In this document: one piece after another, positions 59,389 to 64,000 of the stretch
Numbering within the stretch: the first letter of the stretch is position 1
Layout of the letters: the number at the start of each line of letters is the position of its first letter
Source: Candidatus Latescibacterota bacterium
GTDB taxonomy: Bacteria; Latescibacterota; UBA2968; UBA8231
Assembly: GCA_964291625.2 (NCBI GenBank)
Contig: OZ220090.1
Location: forward strand, 672,001-736,000
Direction of reading: 5' to 3'
DNA: 64,000 bases
The notes under the pieces: generated by a model
Told to the model about the DNA's origin: nothing
Database searches by the model: none
Seen by the model: only the letters and a program-made list of their open reading frames with translations
Made by a program: the position numbers and the translations under genes

Positions 59389-60170
59389 CGGCGCCAGCGC
59401 CTCGACTCGAGGACCCGGGTGGTGAGGAACAGGCAGAAGAAGATGAAGCTCAGGTAGAACAGGACGTCCGCCGTGTCGATGACACCGCGCTGGAAATCCT
59501 GCAGGTGCTGGATGATCGACAGGTAGGAGAGCAGCTTGGCCGCCGTGGGACCGGCGAAGCTCGCCGACCAGTCGATCAGCCACAGGAGCAGCAGCGCACC
59601 GAAGGAGAGCAGCACGGCGACGATCTGGTTCTCCGTCAGGGACGAGGCAAGGACCCCGACGCCGACGAAGGTACCCCCGAGGAGCAGGTAGCCGAGGTAA
59701 GCCGACCAGATCGGCCCCCAGTCCGGATCGCCGTAGACCTCGAGGATGAGGCAGAAGACGAGGGTCAGGGCGACGATGATCGTGTAGAGGGTCAGGGCGG
59801 CGAAGAACTTGCCGAGGAGGACCTGCACCGTGGAGACGGGGGAGGTCATGAGGAGCTCGATGGTGCCGCTCTTCTTCTCCTCCGCGAAGAGCCGCATGGT
59901 CAGCATGGGCACCACGAGGAGCCAGATGAAGTCCATGACCGCGAAGAACTGGGTGACCACCATCTCGTTGAGGTTCAGGCTCGGCATGGCCCCCTGCATG
60001 AACTGCTGGCGCTGGCTGAACTGGAGGCACCAGAAGTTGAACTGCATGAGGATGTTGCGGAACAGGTACCCGGAGAGGAACAGGAAGACGCCGGCGATCA
60101 CGTAGGCCACGGGCGATACGAAGTAGGAGCGCAGCTCCTTGGTGTAGATGGCGAGGAAGTTGCGCATCAC
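59385..60170 (-). CDS. ABC-2 permease, GldF-like
   Basis: KELRSYFVSP.AY, PMLTMRLFAEEKKSGTIELL.T.P, GKF, SSLTENQI.A, H...F.RG.ID. Confidence 0.92.
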   Translation of the reverse strand: MMRNFLAIYTKELRSYFVSPVAYVIAGVFLFLSGYLFRNILMQFNFWCLQFSQRQQFMQGAMPSLNLNEMVVTQFFAVMDFIWLLVVPMLTMRLFAEEKKSGTIELLMTSPVSTVQVLLGKFFAALTLYTIIVALTLVFCLILEVYGDPDWGPIWSAYLGYLLLGGTFVGVGVLASSLTENQIVAVLLSFGALLLLWLIDWSASFAGPTAAKLLSYLSIIQHLQDFQRGVIDTADVLFYLSFIFFCLFLTTRVLESRRWRR

Positions 60171-61120
60171 TGGACCCCTTCGGCTTCGGAGGTGAGACGC
60201 AGGAAGATGTCTTCCAGGGTCATGTCGAGGCTGCGCAGCTCGCGCAGGCCGTAGCCGCCGTCGACGACCGCCTTCGCCAGGGGATCGCGGAGATCCTGGC
60301 CGGGGGCGGCGGTCACCACGTACACGCCCTCGCCGGCGGCGGTCTCGTCCGCGCTCTCCTCCTTGACCTCGAGCACCCCCGGAATCCCCCGCACCAGGCC
60401 GAGGACGTCCTCCCGGGGCCCGGCGACGCGGGCGCGCAGCAGCTCGCCCTCCTTCAACTGCTCCGTCAGGCTCTCCGGGGATCCCTCGCCGACGATGCGG
60501 CCCTTGTCGATGATGACCACCTTCTCGCAGGTCATCGACACCTCCGGCAGGATGTGGGTGGAGAGGACGATGGTGTGCTCGCCCCGCAGGGACTTGATCA
60601 TCTCGCGGATCTCGATGATCTGCTTCGGGTCGAGACCGACCGTGGGCTCGTCGAGGATGAGCACGCTGGGGTTGTGAACCAGGGCCTGCGCCAGGCCGAC
60701 GCGCTGGCGGTAGCCCTTGGAGAGGTGGCCGATCAGGCTGCGCCGCACGTGGGCGACGCCGGTCTTCTCCATCGTCTCGTCGATGCGCGAAGAGAGCACC
60801 GCCGAGGGCACGCCCTTGATGCGGGCCACGAAGCCGAGGTAGGCATCCACGGTCATGTCGCTGTAGAGGGGCGGCAACTCGGGCAGGTAGCCGATCCGCC
60901 GCCGAACCTCCATCGACTCCTCGAGGACGTCGAAGCCGTCGATGGCGGCCGTCCCGGAAGAGGGGGGAAGATAGCAGGTGACGATGCGCATGGTCGTCGT
61001 CTTGCCCGCCCCGTTGGGGCCGAGAAATCCCAGGATCTGCCCGGTCTCGGCGCGGAAGGTGACGTCCTCTATGGCCGTCACCTCTCCGTAGTGCTTGGAC
61101 AACTCGCGGACTTCGATCAC
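60167..61120 (-). CDS. ABC transporter ATP-binding protein, GldA-like
   Basis: GPNGAGKTT, LSKGYRQRVGLA, ILDEPT.GLDP.QI, STHIL. Confidence 0.94.
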   Translation of the reverse strand: MIEVRELSKHYGEVTAIEDVTFRAETGQILGFLGPNGAGKTTTMRIVTCYLPPSSGTAAIDGFDVLEESMEVRRRIGYLPELPPLYSDMTVDAYLGFVARIKGVPSAVLSSRIDETMEKTGVAHVRRSLIGHLSKGYRQRVGLAQALVHNPSVLILDEPTVGLDPKQIIEIREMIKSLRGEHTIVLSTHILPEVSMTCEKVVIIDKGRIVGEGSPESLTEQLKEGELLRARVAGPREDVLGLVRGIPGVLEVKEESADETAAGEGVYVVTAAPGQDLRDPLAKAVVDGGYGLRELRSLDMTLEDIFLRLTSEAEGVQ

Positions 61121-61136
61121 GGAAATGACTCCCCTG

Positions 61137-62015
<879 letters not shown>

Positions 62016-62019
62016 GGGC

Positions 62020-63015
62020 TCAGGGCACCTCGACGTGATCGAACAGTTGTTGGACGATGCGGTCGGAGTCGATCTGCTCGGCCTCGGCCTCGTAGCTGGT
62101 GGCCACCCGGTGGCGGAGCACCTCGGGGCCCACGGCCTTCACGTCTTCGGGGGTCACGTAGCCGCGGCGCCGGATGAAGGCGTGGGCCCGGGCCGCCCGG
62201 GCCAGGAACAACGTCGCCCGCGGCGAGGCGCCGTACTCGATGAGCGACGCCAGCTCCTCCAGGCCGGCAAGGCCGGGCTCGCGCGTAGTCTGCACCAGGT
62301 CGACGATGTAGTCCTTGATCTTGCCGTCCATGTACACCAGGCGGACCGATTCGCGCAGCCGCAGGATGTCGTCGAGGCCGGCCACCGCCTCGACGGGGAT
62401 CTCGCGGTCCTCCACCATGCGCTCCAGGATCTGACGCTCCTCGTCGCGCCCCGGGTAGTCGACCCGGACCTTCAGCATGAAGCGGTCGATCTGGGCCTCG
62501 GGCAGGGGATAGGTCCCCTCCTGCTCGATCGGGTTCTGGGTGGCCATCACGAGGAACGGATCGTCCAGGGCGTAGCTCTCGTCGCCGATGGTCACCTGGC
62601 GCTCCTGCATCGCCTCGAGGAGGGCGCTCTGCACCTTGGCCGGGGCCCGGTTGATCTCGTCGGCGAGGATCAGGTTGGCGAAGACCGGCCCCTTGCGGGC
62701 GACGAACCCGCCCGAGTGCTGCTCGTAGATCAGCGTCCCCGTGAGGTCTGCCGGGAGCAGGTCGGGAGTGAACTGGATGCGGTTGAAGCGGCCCCGGATG
62801 ATGCGGGCCAGGCTGCTCACCGTCAGGGTCTTGGCGAGGCCGGGAACGCCTTCGAGGAGGATGTGTCCGCCGCACAGAAAGCCGATGAAGATCCGCTCCA
62901 CCATCTGCCGCTGACCGACGATGACGCGGTCCATCTCGGCCAGAACGCGGGTGACGAGGACGCTCTCCTCCTCGATGCGCTCGGTGAGGGCGCCGATGTC
63001 CGGGTTTGCCTGCAC
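62020..63015 (-). CDS. moxR: MoxR family AAA+ ATPase
   Basis: LEGVPGLAKT, RIQFTPDLLPAD, LADEINRAPAKVQSALLEAMQE, ATQNPIEQEGTYPLPEAQ.DRF, GASPR. Confidence 0.96.
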   Translation of the reverse strand: MQANPDIGALTERIEEESVLVTRVLAEMDRVIVGQRQMVERIFIGFLCGGHILLEGVPGLAKTLTVSSLARIIRGRFNRIQFTPDLLPADLTGTLIYEQHSGGFVARKGPVFANLILADEINRAPAKVQSALLEAMQERQVTIGDESYALDDPFLVMATQNPIEQEGTYPLPEAQIDRFMLKVRVDYPGRDEERQILERMVEDREIPVEAVAGLDDILRLRESVRLVYMDGKIKDYIVDLVQTTREPGLAGLEELASLIEYGASPRATLFLARAARAHAFIRRRGYVTPEDVKAVGPEVLRHRVATSYEAEAEQIDSDRIVQQLFDHVEVP

Positions 63016-63080
63016 TGTGGACAGCCCCTATCCCGGTGCGATCCTGCCTGGAAGCGGCTTCATCCCCCGTCGACAGAAGC

Positions 63081-63605
63081 TCACGGCGAGGAGGTGCTGT
63101 CCCCTTCCTGGAAGCTGACCCACTCTTCCGGGGGGCGTCCCACATGGGGCAGCAGCTGGCGGGCGTTGGCGGCCAGCTCCGAACCCGGGTAGTTGTCCAC
63201 GACCGCCTGGTAGGCGGCTCTCGCCGCTTCGATGTCGCCGAAGTGCTCCTCGAGGATGAAGGCGACCATGAACTGCGCCTCATCCGCCTCGTCGCTCTCC
63301 GGATGCTCCGCCAGGATGCGCCGGTAGTGGGTCACGGCGCCCCTCATGTCGCCGCCCTGCTGGCGCAGGACGGCCAGCTGCTTCAGCGCCCGGGGGACGC
63401 TCTCCTCGCCGGGGTGGGCCTGCAGCCAGGCCTCGAGAAGCTCCACCGCCGAGGCCACCCGGGCCGAATCCCGGGCCGCCGCCTGGGCCGCCTGCAGGGC
63501 CTCTTCCAACTGTTGATCGGGAGAAGGCCCGCTGCATCCCGCCCAGGCCCAGACCACGGCTGCCCCGATCGTTCCGAGGCATCTGACCCGCCATCGCCTG
63601 CTCAT
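63081..63605 (-). CDS. TPR lipoprotein (BamD/CpoB-like repeats)
   Basis: Lipobox WAGC; repeats A...Y..I...HPES..A..A and Y..VV..YPGS..A. Confidence 0.75.
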   Translation of the reverse strand: MSRRWRVRCLGTIGAAVVWAWAGCSGPSPDQQLEEALQAAQAAARDSARVASAVELLEAWLQAHPGEESVPRALKQLAVLRQQGGDMRGAVTHYRRILAEHPESDEADEAQFMVAFILEEHFGDIEAARAAYQAVVDNYPGSELAANARQLLPHVGRPPEEWVSFQEGDSTSSP

Positions 63606-63701
63606 CTCGCTGCCCACCTGCTGTCTCTCTGTCTTTGCGGCCGGCGGCCGGGAGTCGCATCGAGCAAGAGACGCCCCACCGCCGCCGCGGTTCCCTTCGG
63701 C

Positions 63702-64000
63702 TCAGTCGTCGCTCGACTTGGAAGGGGTCTTCGTCTTCGCCGAGTCGCCCTTGCCCCCTCCGTCGGACTTGGAGGACGACTTCGAGTCGGCCTTCTCGGC
63801 CTTGGCCGCCTTCTTGTAGCTGTCGCTCCGGTAGTCGGTGATGTAGAAGCCGGAGCCCTTGAAAAGCAGGCCCCCGCCGGTGCCGATCAGGCGGCGCACC
63901 CGGCCCTGCCCCGTGCCCTTCGGGCACTCGCTCCGGAGACACCTCTTGAGCGGCTCGGCGGTGATCCTCTGGAGCGCCTCGAACCGATGTCCGCAGGTGC
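63702..64000 (-). CDS. FmdB family zinc-ribbon protein (5' truncated)
   Basis: TCGHRFE.LQ.I...PL..C....CP...RRLI..G.GL.FKGSGFY.TDY followed by a Ser/Lys-rich tail. Confidence 0.88.
   Translation of the reverse strand, partial: TCGHRFEALQRITAEPLKRCLRSECPKGTGQGRVRRLIGTGGGLLFKGSGFYITDYRSDSYKKAAKAEKADSKSSSKSDGGGKGDSAKTKTPSKSSDD

Overview
A high-GC (visually about 70%) bacterial chromosomal segment that is gene-dense and mostly housekeeping. About 56 real CDSs are present. I found no rRNA, tRNA, CRISPR array, transposase, integrase or phage genes. The gene mix (PD40/Omp85 fusion, sulfatase-like protein, GT-C+TPR, Bat and Gld loci, yicC-coaBC-udg-dnaB order) suggests a diderm of the FCB/Latescibacterota/Gemmatimonadota type, which is an inference. 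Order along the window: rmlA; isolated trpBA; S1-domain protein; qor; LMF; sulfatase-like; a coupled phosphatase-glcD-glcF-mutarotase-serC operon; pepA-dcd-GT; peptidases; dnaB-udg-coaBC-cmk-yicC with an Omp85/beta-propeller envelope cluster; SprT/DUF2786; dapF; polX; S1/P1 nuclease; prx; HTH-ssb; recG; mraY-murG; and a 15-kb MoxR/Bat operon. Most notable observations: (1) a GldA/F/G-type ABC cassette with an internally duplicated GldG sits inside the MoxR-DUF58-Bat operon; (2) a stand-alone murG(+HEAT-like tail)-mraY pair has its own promoter; (3) a tiny HTH plus ssb operon lies under a near-consensus sigma70 promoter covered by a palindromic operator; (4) DapF has both catalytic Cys replaced by Ser; (5) an archaeal-type cytidylate kinase occupies the gmk-rpoZ slot; (6) a 66-nt AT-rich synonymous patch lies inside recG. 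Two single-base frameshifts (glcF and a Bat-associated gene) are probably sequencing errors. All calls come from motif recognition by eye; no database searches were run.
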